Sequence record: OQ599310
DNA: 64,000 bases
DNA from: Escherichia phage 55
Reading direction: 5' to 3' (one strand)
In this document: one piece after another, positions 47,801 to 58,441 of the stretch
How positions within the stretch are numbered: position 1 is the stretch's first letter
Layout of the letters: the number at the start of each line of letters is the position of its first letter
Translations under genes and position numbers: made by a program
The notes under the pieces: generated by a model
The model's database searches: none
What the model saw: only the letters and a program-made list of their open reading frames with translations
What the model was told of the DNA's origin: nothing

Positions 47801-48691
47801 GCCTTCCCATATACGCCATAAACTATTTGCAGCATCAAAAACAAAAAACGCGTCAGAGTCATTTCTGCCTTCGGCAATATGAGTCCCGACTTCACCAATA
47901 GACGTTGTATCATCAAATGTTTTAACAATTGTATGATACAGTGGGTTTAATCTATCTAAATCGACTAGGCTGATTATATCACCATTGTTAGCATTACGTG
48001 GAAGTGTAATGTTGATTGGTGCTGCACTAGTAAAACGACGAACGATAAAATCATTTGCTTGTGCTTGATATGGTGTCGCAGGTGTAACAGTGATTGATTC
48101 TTTACCATAATCGGTAATATACATCTGCCACAAACGATTACTAAACACAAACAATAGTTGTGAACGTGGGCGCGTCATTAAAACCGTACGAACTTGTTCA
48201 CCTCTAAAGTTTAAAATACTCTGTACAGACGCGTTAATCTGTACTTTAACTGTCCCGGTTCGTCCACCAATATCAGCCAAAACAACAGTATCACCATCAA
48301 CTGGAGTATTTGGCAATGTAAAAACCATATCATTGCCGGCACCAGTGTTAACCGAAATCGATTCACCTGAAGAAAGTTGACAAGTCCCAGAAGCGACAGT
48401 TATCCATTGTGCATCAGTACGAACTGCACGCCATTGTAAAAGGTTAAATGCCCCGGAAGGAGACACGATATCATTTATTGCTTGATATAAACGGTTGTCA
48501 TAAAGAACAACAAATCCTTTGTTATATCCACGCGTAGAATCATATACTTGAACGGTGTTTTCTTGTACCAGGAAGTCAACGTTTACGCCATCAGTACCTA
48601 CTGTACGGTCGGCTAATGCTACGTTAACAATCTTGTCGCCACCGGCGTCCAGACCGTCTTCGGCTCTGAACTTACGTTTGATGTCGGCCAT
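44816..48691 (-). CDS. 34: gp34 long tail fibre proximal subunit
   Basis: 1291 aa, first gene of the tail fibre block. Confidence 0.9.
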   Translation of the reverse strand: MADIKRKFRAEDGLDAGGDKIVNVALADRTVGTDGVNVDFLVQENTVQVYDSTRGYNKGFVVLYDNRLYQAINDIVSPSGAFNLLQWRAVRTDAQWITVASGTCQLSSGESISVNTGAGNDMVFTLPNTPVDGDTVVLADIGGRTGTVKVQINASVQSILNFRGEQVRTVLMTRPRSQLLFVFSNRLWQMYITDYGKESITVTPATPYQAQANDFIVRRFTSAAPINITLPRNANNGDIISLVDLDRLNPLYHTIVKTFDDTTSIGEVGTHIAEGRNDSDAFFVFDAANSLWRIWEGDQKSRLRIIRADSNIRPNEEVLIFGTNNATTGTINLTLPTGILSGDTVKISMNYMRKGQTVKIKAAEGDTIASTVALLQFPKRSEYPPDAQWVSVTELEFNGTTSYVPVLELAYIEDTVAGTRYWVVQQNVPTVERVDAGTDATRARLGVIALATQAQANVDLENTPAKEVAITPETLANRTATEARRGIAKIATTAQVNQNSTATFVDDTIVTPKKLNERTATETRRGLAEIATQVETDAGLDDTTIITPKKLQARQGSETLSGIVKYVSTTSATPAATRGAAGTNVYNKDTTTLTISPKALDQYKATYAQQGAVILAVDSEVIAGQSQAGYSHAVVTPETLHKKTSTDGRIGLIEIATQAETNAGTDYTRAVTPKTLNDRKATEGLSGIAELATQVEFDTGTDDTRISTPLKIKTHFDSSDRTSVNSDSGLIEEGTLWNHYTLDISKANETQRGTLRVATQAESNAGTLDDVLITPKKLLGTKSTETSEGVIKVATRAETVTGTSANTAVSPKNLKWIVQSEPTWAATTAIRGFVKTSSGSITFVGNDTVGSTQPLESYEKNSYAISPYELNRVLANYLPLKAKAVDSNLLDGLDSSQFIRRDIAQTVNGSLTLTQQTNLSAPLVSSSTATFGGSVSANSTLTISNTGTATRLIFEKGPQTGTNPAQTMTIRVWGNEFGGGSDTTRSTVFEVGDETSNHFYSQRNKAGNITFSINGTVMPINVNASGTLNANGVATFGRSVTANGEFISKSANAFRVISGDYGFFIRNDGGSTYFMLTASGDQTGGFNGLRPLSINNKSGQITIGEGLIIANGATINSGGLTVNSRIRSQGTKTSDLYTRAPTSDNVGFWSIDINDSATYNQFPGYFKMVEKTNEVTGLPYLERGEEVKSPGTLTQFGNTLDSLYQDWITYPTTPEARTTRWTRTWQKTKNSWSSFVQVFDGGNPPQPSDIGALPSDNATIGNLTIRDFLRIGNVRIIPDPVNKSVKFEWIE

Positions 48692-48721
48692 TCGTTTTTC
48701 CTTTATTGTTTCAATAATACT

Positions 48722-48729
48722 TATTTATA
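48722..48729 (-). promoter_or_regulatory. late promoter TATAAATA for gene 34
   Basis: plus strand TATTTATA at 48722-48729. Confidence 0.5.
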
Positions 48730-48733
48730 CCAG

Positions 48734-48762
48734 TTTACGCTTTCAAATGAGTGTGTTACTAT
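48734..48762 (+). promoter_or_regulatory. T4-type early promoter for rnh (divergent from the gene 34 late promoter)
   Basis: GTTTAC then TACTAT at 17 bp. Confidence 0.45.
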
Positions 48763-48794
48763 AGTCAAGTTGACTAACTGAACAAGAGGTTCAT

Positions 48795-49712
48795 ATGGAT
48801 TTAGAAATGATGTTGGATGAAGATTACAAAGAAGGTATTGCACTTGCTGACTTTAGTAACATTGCATTGGCAGCCGCATTAAACAACTTTGAAGACGGCG
48901 ATAAAATTACTGTTCCAATGGTTCGACATGTAATCTTGAACTCAATTCGTAAAAACGTAGTGATGTTCCGTAAGCAAGGCTACACAAAATTTGTATTGTG
49001 TATGGATAATGCTACTTCAGGTTATTGGCGTCGTGACTTTGCTTACTATTACAAGAAAAATCGTAAAACCGATCGTGAAGCTTCAAAGTGGGATTGGGAA
49101 GGATATTTTACTGCACTCCATCAAGTTGTTGATGAGATTAAGAAATACATGCCATACGTTGTAATGGATATTGACAAGTATGAAGCGGATGACCATATTG
49201 GTGTATTAACTAAATATTTGTCATTAGCTGGTCATAAGGTATGTATTGTTGCATCAGATGGTGACTTTACACAATTACACAAATATCCTAACGTTAAACA
49301 GTGGTCGCCACCACAGAAAAAATGGGTTAAAATTAAGAACGGTTCTGCTGAAATTGATTGCATGACTAAAATTCTTAAAGGTGACCGTAAGGATGGTGTT
49401 GCATCTGTTCGAGTTCGTGGCGACTTCCGGTTTACCAGAGTTGATGGTGAACGAACTCCAAGCATGAAAACATCAATTATTGAAGCAATTGCTAATGACC
49501 GTTCTCAAGCTGAAGTATTATTAAGTGCAGAAGAATATAAACGGTATCAAGAAAATTTGGTTCTCATTGATTTTGATTATATCCCTGATAATATTGCTTC
49601 AACCATTATAGAGTATTATAACTCATATAAACAACAACCTAAAGGCAAGATTTATTCATACTTTGTAAAATCTGGTCTTTCTAAATTAACAAGTGTAATT
49701 AATGAATTCTGA
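48795..49712 (+). CDS. rnh: RNase H (FEN-like 5'-3' exonuclease)
   Basis: 305 aa; MDLEMMLDEDYKEGI, SDGDFTQLHKYPNVKQWSP match T4 RNase H. Confidence 0.9.
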   Translation: MDLEMMLDEDYKEGIALADFSNIALAAALNNFEDGDKITVPMVRHVILNSIRKNVVMFRKQGYTKFVLCMDNATSGYWRRDFAYYYKKNRKTDREASKWDWEGYFTALHQVVDEIKKYMPYVVMDIDKYEADDHIGVLTKYLSLAGHKVCIVASDGDFTQLHKYPNVKQWSPPQKKWVKIKNGSAEIDCMTKILKGDRKDGVASVRVRGDFRFTRVDGERTPSMKTSIIEAIANDRSQAEVLLSAEEYKRYQENLVLIDFDYIPDNIASTIIEYYNSYKQQPKGKIYSYFVKSGLSKLTSVINEF

Positions 49713-49719
49713 GGTAAAC

Positions 49720-49989
49720 ATGGCTAAGAAAGAAGCAGTTGAATTTAATCAAGATGTGCATGGTGAAGAACTGGCTAAACTAGTCAAGGAAGCTTCCGAT
49801 AACAAACTTAAAATTTCTGGTTATAATGAACTGATTAAAGACATTCGTACTCGTGCTAAAGAAGAGCTTGGCGTCGATGGAAAAATGTTTAATCGTTTGT
49901 TAGCTCTTTATCATAAAGACGCTCGTGACCAATTTGAAGCTGAAAACGAAGAGGTAGTCGAGCTTTATGACACAGTTTTCACTAAGTGA
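49720..49989 (+). CDS. dsbA: DsbA dsDNA-binding late transcription protein
   Basis: 89 aa from internal ATG with GAGGT RBS; position after rnh. Confidence 0.65.
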   Translation: MAKKEAVEFNQDVHGEELAKLVKEASDNKLKISGYNELIKDIRTRAKEELGVDGKMFNRLLALYHKDARDQFEAENEEVVELYDTVFTK

Positions 49990-50305
49990 TATTAAACCGG
50001 TTGATGAGGCCGGTTTATCTGAACAAGAATTAGCAGTAAAACACGATAAAGATGATATCGCTAAATTGCTTGACCGACAAGAAAACGGATTCATTATCGA
50101 ATCCATGGTTGAACAATTTGGTATGTCTTATTTAGAAGCAACAACTGCTTTCTTGGAAGAAAATTCTATTCCAGAAACACAATTTGCTAAATTTATTCCT
50201 ACAGGAATTGTTGAAAAAATTACAAGCGAAGCAATTGACGAAAACATGCTTCGCCCATCAGTTGCTCGTGGTGAAAAAACTAATACGTTAGATTTCTTAT
50301 TATGA
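49967..50305 (+). CDS. 33: gp33 late-transcription co-activator
   Basis: 112 aa; position between dsbA and 59. Confidence 0.6.
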   Translation: MTQFSLSDIKPVDEAGLSEQELAVKHDKDDIAKLLDRQENGFIIESMVEQFGMSYLEATTAFLEENSIPETQFAKFIPTGIVEKITSEAIDENMLRPSVARGEKTNTLDFLL

Positions 50306-50985
50306 AATACGTTGTGTATAAAACTACCAATAAAATAAATGGTAAAATTTATATAGGCGTACACAAAAAACATAAAGAGAAAGATTGGTATATTGGATCA
50401 GGCCGCGCTATATTAGCGGCCAAAGCTAAATATGGACTAAAAAATTTTTATACCGAAATTCTTTATGAATATGATAATGACAAGGACGCCTATAAAAAAG
50501 AAGCAGAATTGGTTAACGAAGATTTTGTTTTGCGAGATGATACTTATAACTTAGTTCCCGGTGGTAAAGGTGGTCCTGGTAAAAAACAAAGTGATGAAGC
50601 TAAAAGGTCTATTTCACTTTCTAAATTAGGTAAACCTAGATCTGAAGAGACTAAGGCTAAAGTATCTAAAACAAGACTAGAAAGAAAAATACCGTCACCT
50701 AATAAGGGTAAGAAACTATCTGAAGCTCACAAATTGGCCTTGAGTAAAGTCCGAAAAGGGCGAAAAACGAATAAGCCGATGCCTGATTCAACCAAAGAAG
50801 CTCTTAGAATAGCAAATTCAAAGCCGCATTCTAAAGAAAGAACTATTAAAAAACAAAAACCTATAATTATTGATGGTATAAAATACGCCTCGTGTAAAGA
50901 AGTTTCAAATGTTTTTAATATTTCTGCGTCTTTAGTTACATATAGACTTAAATCTTCAAAATGGTCCGGATGGAAATATGATTAA
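50302..50985 (+). CDS. free-standing GIY-YIG homing endonuclease (Seg-like)
   Basis: N-terminal VVYKTTNKINGKIYIGV GIY-YIG motif; basic C-terminal half with NUMOD-like repeats; overlaps both neighbours. Confidence 0.7.
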   Translation: MKYVVYKTTNKINGKIYIGVHKKHKEKDWYIGSGRAILAAKAKYGLKNFYTEILYEYDNDKDAYKKEAELVNEDFVLRDDTYNLVPGGKGGPGKKQSDEAKRSISLSKLGKPRSEETKAKVSKTRLERKIPSPNKGKKLSEAHKLALSKVRKGRKTNKPMPDSTKEALRIANSKPHSKERTIKKQKPIIIDGIKYASCKEVSNVFNISASLVTYRLKSSKWSGWKYD

Positions 50986-51631
50986 AATACGCATGCCTCC
51001 TGATGGAGAACGTTATATTAATGGAAAATCGGTATATAAACTATACTTGATGTGCAAAAACCATTTTGGTGGTCGGTATGACGTAATCAAATATAACTGG
51101 TGCATGCGTGTTTCGGATAATGCGTATCAAAAACGCCGAGATAAATATTTCTTTGAGAAACTAGCAGAGAAATATAAGTTAAAGGAACTCACCTTGATAT
51201 TCATCAGTAACTTAGTTGCTAACCAAGATGCATGGATTGGTGAGATATCAGACGCTGATGCATTAGTTTTCTATAGGGAATATATTGGACGTCTCAAACA
51301 AGCCAAGGAGACGTTTGCCGAAGACATACGTAACATCTACTATTTCAGTAAGAAAGTGGAAGTTAGTGCGCTTCAAGAGATATTTGATTATAATAATAAA
51401 GTTCAGTCGAGCTACATATTTAAATTGCTACAAAGCAATATAATTTCATTTGAAACCTTCTTGTTGTTGGATTCATTCTTGAATATTATAGATAAGCATG
51501 ACGAACTTACTGACAATTTAGTCTGGCAAAATTATTCTACCAAATTAAAGGCATATCGAAAAATACTTCAAATCGATGGAAATGCTGCTAAGAAATTGTT
51601 CATAGAAACAATCAAATCATGTAAGTATTAA
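50978..51631 (+). CDS. 59: gp59 helicase loader
   Basis: 217 aa; strong match to T4 gp59 (YKLYLM.K, DVIKYNWCMRVSD, SYIFKLLQSNIISFETF). Confidence 0.85.
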   Translation: MIKIRMPPDGERYINGKSVYKLYLMCKNHFGGRYDVIKYNWCMRVSDNAYQKRRDKYFFEKLAEKYKLKELTLIFISNLVANQDAWIGEISDADALVFYREYIGRLKQAKETFAEDIRNIYYFSKKVEVSALQEIFDYNNKVQSSYIFKLLQSNIISFETFLLLDSFLNIIDKHDELTDNLVWQNYSTKLKAYRKILQIDGNAAKKLFIETIKSCKY

Positions 51632-51660
51632 GCTTTATTTCTTGTGTGTTAAAATTACTT

Positions 51661-51668
51661 TATAAATA
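51661..51668 (+). promoter_or_regulatory. possible late promoter TATAAATA upstream of gene 32
   Basis: exact TATAAATA about 80 bp upstream of gene 32 start. Confidence 0.35.
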
Positions 51669-51747
51669 AATCATACCAGCTACGAGGTATAAGTGTCGTA
51701 GCAACCAACTGTAAATAAATTAAATAATCTAAATAAAGGTAAATATA

Positions 51748-52695
51748 ATGTTTAAACGTAAATCTACTGCTGACCTCGCTGCTCAAATGGCTAAACTGAA
51801 CGGTAACAAAGGTTTCTCTTCAGAAGATAAAGGCGAATGGAAGCTGAAGCTAGATGCATCCGGTAATGGTCAAGCGGTAATTCGTTTCTTGCCAGCAAAA
51901 ACTGATGATGCACTACCATTTGCAATTCTTGTTAACCATGGTTTCAAGAAAAATGGTAAATGGTATATTGAAAATTGCTCTTCTACACATGGTGATTATG
52001 ACTCTTGTCCTGTATGTCAGTACATTATTAAAAATGACCTGTACAATACCAACAAAACTGAATATTCTCAACTGAAACGTAAAACTTCTTATTGGGCTAA
52101 TATTCTGGTTGTTAAAGACCCTCAAGCTCCAGATAATGAAGGTAAAGTATTTAAATATCGTTTCGGTAAAAAGATTTGGGACAAAATCAATGCAATGATT
52201 GCAGTTGATACCGAAATGGGTGAAACTCCAGTTGATGTTACTTGTCCGTTTGAAGGTGCTAACTTCGTTCTGAAAGCTAAGCAGGTTTCTGGTTTTAGCA
52301 ACTATGACGAATCTAAATTCTTGGGTCAATCTGAAATTCCTCGTATTAATGACGAAGCATTCCAGAAAGAACTATATGACCAGATGGTAGACCTTACTAC
52401 TTTGACGGCTAAAGACCAGTTCAAATCCTTTGAAAAATTAAATGAATCTTTCGCTAAGGTTCTTGGTACTGCCGCTCTTGGTGGTGCAGCAGCTGCAGCA
52501 GCTTCTGTTGCAGCAGCTGCAGCAGCTTCTGTTGCAGCTGCTGCAGCTTCTGTTGCAGATAAAGTTGCTTCTGACCTTGACGATTTTGATAAAGACATGG
52601 AAGCCTTTAGTTCTGCAAAAACTGAAGACGACTTCATGAGCTCTACCTCATCTTCTGATGACGGCGACCTCGATGACCTGTTAGCTGGTCTATAA
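51748..52695 (+). CDS. 32: gp32 single-stranded DNA-binding protein
   Basis: 315 aa; N-terminal [23 protein letters not shown]; zinc site [15 protein letters not shown]. Confidence 0.9.
   Translation: MFKRKSTADLAAQMAKLNGNKGFSSEDKGEWKLKLDASGNGQAVIRFLPAKTDDALPFAILVNHGFKKNGKWYIENCSSTHGDYDSCPVCQYIIKNDLYNTNKTEYSQLKRKTSYWANILVVKDPQAPDNEGKVFKYRFGKKIWDKINAMIAVDTEMGETPVDVTCPFEGANFVLKAKQVSGFSNYDESKFLGQSEIPRINDEAFQKELYDQMVDLTTLTAKDQFKSFEKLNESFAKVLGTAALGGAAAAAASVAAAAAASVAAAAASVADKVASDLDDFDKDMEAFSSAKTEDDFMSSTSSSDDGDLDDLLAGL
52486..52560 (+). repeat. in-frame tandem repeat (about 27 bp, roughly three copies) encoding [23 protein letters not shown] inside gene 32
   Basis: GCAGCAGCTGCAGCAGCTTCTGTTGCA repeated. 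Confidence 0.7.
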
Positions 52696-52701
52696 TAAAT
52701 T

Positions 52702-52724
52702 GGGAGACTTCGGTCTCCCTTTTG
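52702..52724 (+). terminator. rho-independent terminator after gene 32
   Basis: GGGAGACTTCGGTCTCCC then TTTT. Confidence 0.7.
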
Positions 52725-52751
52725 AGTATCTGTAAATTGCCGAAAAAAGTT

Positions 52752-52781
52752 GTTTACTTCTTTCCTAGATGTGTTACTATA
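52752..52781 (+). promoter_or_regulatory. T4-type early promoter
   Basis: GTTTAC then TACTAT at 17 bp. Confidence 0.5.
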
Positions 52782-52810
52782 GACCTATCAAAACAAATGA
52801 GGAAATCATA

Positions 52811-53173
52811 ATGGAAACCGGAAAAACGTACATCATCAACCCTGCATTTAAAGCTACCTTCGCTAACGAATGCCCACAAAATGCTGAAATGCTGTCTTTG
52901 ATTGAGCTTCATGGCCCTAGTTTTGTTGTAAAAGACATGAACACAGAGTACGACGATGATAAATGTGTAACACGTGTAACTATGCGAGACGGCACTGAAT
53001 TGGGTTTTGACGGTAAGCCGGGTTCATATTTTGAGCTTTATGACGATGAGTTCAAATACTTCATCGAGGTATCCCCAGAGTCTATTTCTAAACAGTCACT
53101 CATCTTTGAAGTTACTGAAGATAACGCCCGTGATGTGATTGCAGAAATTAAAGAAATTTTTGGAATAAAATAA
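52811..53173 (+). CDS. hypothetical protein, tandem paralog A
   Basis: METGKTYIINPAFK...LIELHGPSFVV...EFKYFIE shared with next ORF; identical RBS context. Confidence 0.5.
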   Translation: METGKTYIINPAFKATFANECPQNAEMLSLIELHGPSFVVKDMNTEYDDDKCVTRVTMRDGTELGFDGKPGSYFELYDDEFKYFIEVSPESISKQSLIFEVTEDNARDVIAEIKEIFGIK

Positions 53174-53198
53174 GTACAGCACAAATGAGGAAATCAAA

Positions 53199-53603
53199 AT
53201 GGAAATCGGAAAATCTTATATCATTAGCCCTTTATTTAAAGACGACTTTGTTCAAGAAGCACCACATAATAACGCTAAGATGTTAAAACTGATTGAACTC
53301 CATGGGCCTAGTTTTGTTGTAAACGGAATGGAACCTGATTATGATAGCGATACGTCAAACGTAGTAAGTGTAACTATGGAAGATGGTACTGTATGTTCTG
53401 CCGGTGGTGGAATTGAAACTTATTTTGAGATTTATCCTGACGAGTTTAAATACTTTATTGAGTACTTTACTGAGGTAGATTTAGTAAAGCCTCAACCTAC
53501 TAACGAAGGTATAACTTTAGGTGTAACAAAAATCCATTGTATCGTAGATGAAACCAACGTCGACGAAATCATCAAACTTTTGCAAAAAACTTTTAAAAAG
53601 TAG
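53199..53603 (+). CDS. hypothetical protein, tandem paralog B
   Basis: MEIGKSYIISPLFK...LIELHGPSFVV...EFKYFIE. Confidence 0.5.
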   Translation: MEIGKSYIISPLFKDDFVQEAPHNNAKMLKLIELHGPSFVVNGMEPDYDSDTSNVVSVTMEDGTVCSAGGGIETYFEIYPDEFKYFIEYFTEVDLVKPQPTNEGITLGVTKIHCIVDETNVDEIIKLLQKTFKK

Positions 53604-53632
53604 TGTACAATCAGATAGGGCTATGTTATAGT
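53604..53632 (+). promoter_or_regulatory. early promoter with TAGGGCTA/TAGCCCTA inverted repeat
   Basis: GTGTAC then TATAGT at 17 bp. Confidence 0.45.
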
Positions 53633-53665
53633 AGCCCTATCAAATCAAAAGTGAAGGAGAATAAA

Positions 53666-53914
53666 ATGAGATTGCAACGACAGAGCATCAAAGATTCTGA
53701 AGTTAGAGGTAAATGGTACTTCAACGTCATTGGTAAAGATGCTGAACTCCTTGAACAAGCTGAAGAAGCTTTACGTGAAATGGGATGGAATGAAGAATGT
53801 GATGGATGTCCGCTCTACGAAGATGGTGAAAGCGCAGGATTCTGGATTCACCATTCTGATGTTGAATCGTTTAAAGCCGATTGGAAAGTTGTTAAGAAAA
53901 ATCTGAGGAAATAA
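53666..53914 (+). CDS. hypothetical protein
   Basis: AAGGAG RBS. Confidence 0.4.
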   Translation: MRLQRQSIKDSEVRGKWYFNVIGKDAELLEQAEEALREMGWNEECDGCPLYEDGESAGFWIHHSDVESFKADWKVVKKNLRK

Positions 53915-53916
53915 TT

Positions 53917-54109
53917 ATGATTAACTGTCTATTTTTCCGTTATCTTAGAACTTTGCTTTCAGAAATAGAAAAGAAACAATATCATGAACTTGCGTTTGGA
54001 TGTTCAGCTGTACGATTAAATGAATGCCCAAGAAAACAAATTTTTGTTATTGATTCAAGAATGTTTGAATTCCAATACTATATGATCAAAAAATATCTGA
54101 GGAAACAAT

Positions 54110-54126
<17 letters not shown>
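53917..54126 (+). CDS. hypothetical protein (questionable)
   Basis: ORF between two copies of a repeated junction sequence. Confidence 0.25.
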
Positions 54127-55792
<1,666 letters not shown>

Positions 55793-55794
55793 AA

Positions 55795-56048
55795 TGATTT
55801 TACGTTTTATTAATTCATATGGCACCACAATTTTTGAAATGAAAAATCCAAGTGAACTGGATATCCCTTCACCGAATAGTGAAATCACAGTTAAAGGTGA
55901 ACGATTCATTTGCCATTCACATGAACGAATTTATGAATATCGTGAATTCTGTGGTGGATTCGGTATGGAAAAAGAGCCTCTGGTTTATTTCGATATTACA
56001 GTCTTGACTCCTAAAGAATATGAAGAAATTATTGCTGAGGATAATTAA
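55795..56048 (+). CDS. hypothetical protein
   Basis: ORF starting just after td stop. Confidence 0.4.
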
Positions 56049-56135
56049 CGCTTCAGTTTAAAAGTGTATAATAAATTAACGGGATAAATACTATCCCGTT
56101 TGGAGTAATGTCTATCAACCTATACTGAGGAATAT

Positions 56136-58391
56136 ATGCAAGTAACTAAGAGCAGTGGTGTATCCCAAAATTTTGATGCACAGAAAATTATTCAAGTCTT
56201 AACTTGGCAATGTGAAGGAACACAAATTGACCCATATGAATTGTACGAAGAAATTAAGACCCATCTTGTCGACGGGATGAGCACCAAAGATATCCAGAAG
56301 ATTTGTATTAAAGTTGCAGCTAACTTGATTTCTGTCGAAGAACCTGACTATCAATATGTTGCCGCTAAAGGATTAATGTTTGCACTTCGTAAAGATGTGT
56401 ATGGGCAGTTTGAACCGCCTGCTTTTATCGACCATATTTCTTATTGTGTTAATGAAGGCAAATACGACCCTGAGCTGTTGTCTCAATATTCAGCAGAAGA
56501 AATCATTTATCTCGATTCACAGATTAAACATGAACGAGACTTTGACCTGACTTATGCTGGTGCTATGCAGCTTAAAGAAAAATATCTAGTTAAAGATAAA
56601 ACAACTGGGAAGATTTATGAAACTCCACAGTTTGCTATCATGGCTATTGGCATGGCCTTACATCAAGACGAAACTCATGACCGTTTGAAACATATTATTC
56701 GTTTTTATGATGCCGTTTCTACTCATCAAGTTTCATTGCCAACCCCAATTATGGCAGGTGCTCGTACTCCAACTCGCCAGTTCTCTAGTTGTGTAGTTAT
56801 TGAAGCCGGTGATTCGTTAAAATCTATTAACAAAACTTCAGCATCAATTATTGAATATATTTCTAAACGAGCTGGTATTGGTATCAACGTTGGTATGCTT
56901 CGTGCAGAAGGTTCTAAGATTGGTATGGGTGAAGTTCGACATACAGGTGTTATTCCATTCTGGAAACATTTCCAAACTGCAGTAAAATCTTGTTCTCAAG
57001 GTGGTATTCGTGGTGGTGCTGCTACAGCATATTATCCGATGTGGCACTTAGAAGTAGAGAACCTATTAGTTCTGAAAAATAACAAAGGTGTGGATGAAAA
57101 CCGTATTCGACATATGGACTACGGAATTCAGATTAATGACCTTATGATGGAACGCCTTGGTAAAAATGATTATATTACTTTATTTAGCCCTCACGAAATG
57201 TCAGGCGAACTATACTACTCGTTCTTTGAAGATCAAGATAAATTCCGTGAGCTTTATGAGAAAGCTGAAAAAGACCCAACAATCAGAAAGAAAAGAATCA
57301 AAGCACTAGAACTCTTTGAATTGTTCATGACTGAACGCTCTGGTACTGCTCGAATTTATCCACAATTCGTTGATAACACGAACAACTACACTCCATTTAT
57401 TCGTGAAAAAGCTCCAATTCGACAGAGTAACTTATGTTGTGAAATCGCTATTCCAACTAATGATGTGAATGGTCCTGATGCTGAAATTGGTTTATGCACA
57501 TTATCTGCATTCGTGTTAGATAAATTTGATTGGCAAGACCAAGATAAAATTAATGAACTTGCTGAAGTACAAGTACGTGCACTTGATAACCTGTTAGACT
57601 ATCAAGACTATCCGGTTCCAGAAGCTTTAAAAGCTAAAAAGCGTCGTAATCTTGGTATTGGTGTTACGAACTATGCTGCATGGTTAGCTTCTAACTTTGC
57701 TTCATATGAAGACGCTAACGATTTGACTCATGAATTGTTTGAGAGATTGCAATATGGCCTTATCAAAGCATCAATCAAACTCGCCAAAGAAAAAGGACGT
57801 TGCGAGTATTATTCAGACACTAAATGGTCTAGAGGCGAATTACCTATCGACTGGTACAATAAAAAGATTGACCAAATCGCAGCCCCAAACTATGTCTGTG
57901 ACTGGGAAGAACTTCGAGCTGAACTCAAAGAACATGGAATTCGTAACTCAACGTTATCTGCACTCATGCCTTGTGAGTCAAGCAGTCAAGTATCAAACTC
58001 TACAAACGGGATTGAACCGCCGCGTGGTCCAGTAAGTATTAAAGAATCTAAAGAAGGCAACTTCCGACAAGTAGTTCCTAATATTGAACACAACATGGGT
58101 CTTTATGACTATGCGTGGAAACTCGCTAAGAAAGGTAATAAGCCTTATCTGACACAAGTTGTTATCATGTTAAAATGGGTGTGCCAATCTGCTTCTGCTA
58201 ATACATACTACGACCCTTCAGTCTTTGAGAAAGGCAAAGTGCCAATGTCTGTAATGCTTGATGACTTGCTTTACTTCTGGTACTTTGGTGGTAAGAACCT
58301 TTACTATCATAACACTCGAGATGGTTCTGGTACAGATGACTATGAGTTAGAAACGCCTAAAGCTGAAGATTGCTCCGCTTGTAAGCTTTAA
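56136..58391 (+). CDS. nrdA: ribonucleotide reductase class Ia alpha subunit
   Basis: 751 aa; NLCCEIAIP active-site motif; C-terminal CSAC-like tail. Confidence 0.95.
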   Translation: MQVTKSSGVSQNFDAQKIIQVLTWQCEGTQIDPYELYEEIKTHLVDGMSTKDIQKICIKVAANLISVEEPDYQYVAAKGLMFALRKDVYGQFEPPAFIDHISYCVNEGKYDPELLSQYSAEEIIYLDSQIKHERDFDLTYAGAMQLKEKYLVKDKTTGKIYETPQFAIMAIGMALHQDETHDRLKHIIRFYDAVSTHQVSLPTPIMAGARTPTRQFSSCVVIEAGDSLKSINKTSASIIEYISKRAGIGINVGMLRAEGSKIGMGEVRHTGVIPFWKHFQTAVKSCSQGGIRGGAATAYYPMWHLEVENLLVLKNNKGVDENRIRHMDYGIQINDLMMERLGKNDYITLFSPHEMSGELYYSFFEDQDKFRELYEKAEKDPTIRKKRIKALELFELFMTERSGTARIYPQFVDNTNNYTPFIREKAPIRQSNLCCEIAIPTNDVNGPDAEIGLCTLSAFVLDKFDWQDQDKINELAEVQVRALDNLLDYQDYPVPEALKAKKRRNLGIGVTNYAAWLASNFASYEDANDLTHELFERLQYGLIKASIKLAKEKGRCEYYSDTKWSRGELPIDWYNKKIDQIAAPNYVCDWEELRAELKEHGIRNSTLSALMPCESSSQVSNSTNGIEPPRGPVSIKESKEGNFRQVVPNIEHNMGLYDYAWKLAKKGNKPYLTQVVIMLKWVCQSASANTYYDPSVFEKGKVPMSVMLDDLLYFWYFGGKNLYYHNTRDGSGTDDYELETPKAEDCSACKL

Positions 58392-58441
58392 GAATTTTGT
58401 TTATAATTGACTCATGGATGAGTCACTATTGAGAGAATATA

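Noticed and set aside
52326-52639. Minus-strand 103-aa and plus-strand 65-aa ORFs overlapping the gp32 C-terminal region
   Set aside because: Both arise from the GCA/GCT tandem repeat, which is open in several frames (poly-Ala, poly-Gln/Leu); artefacts of low complexity.
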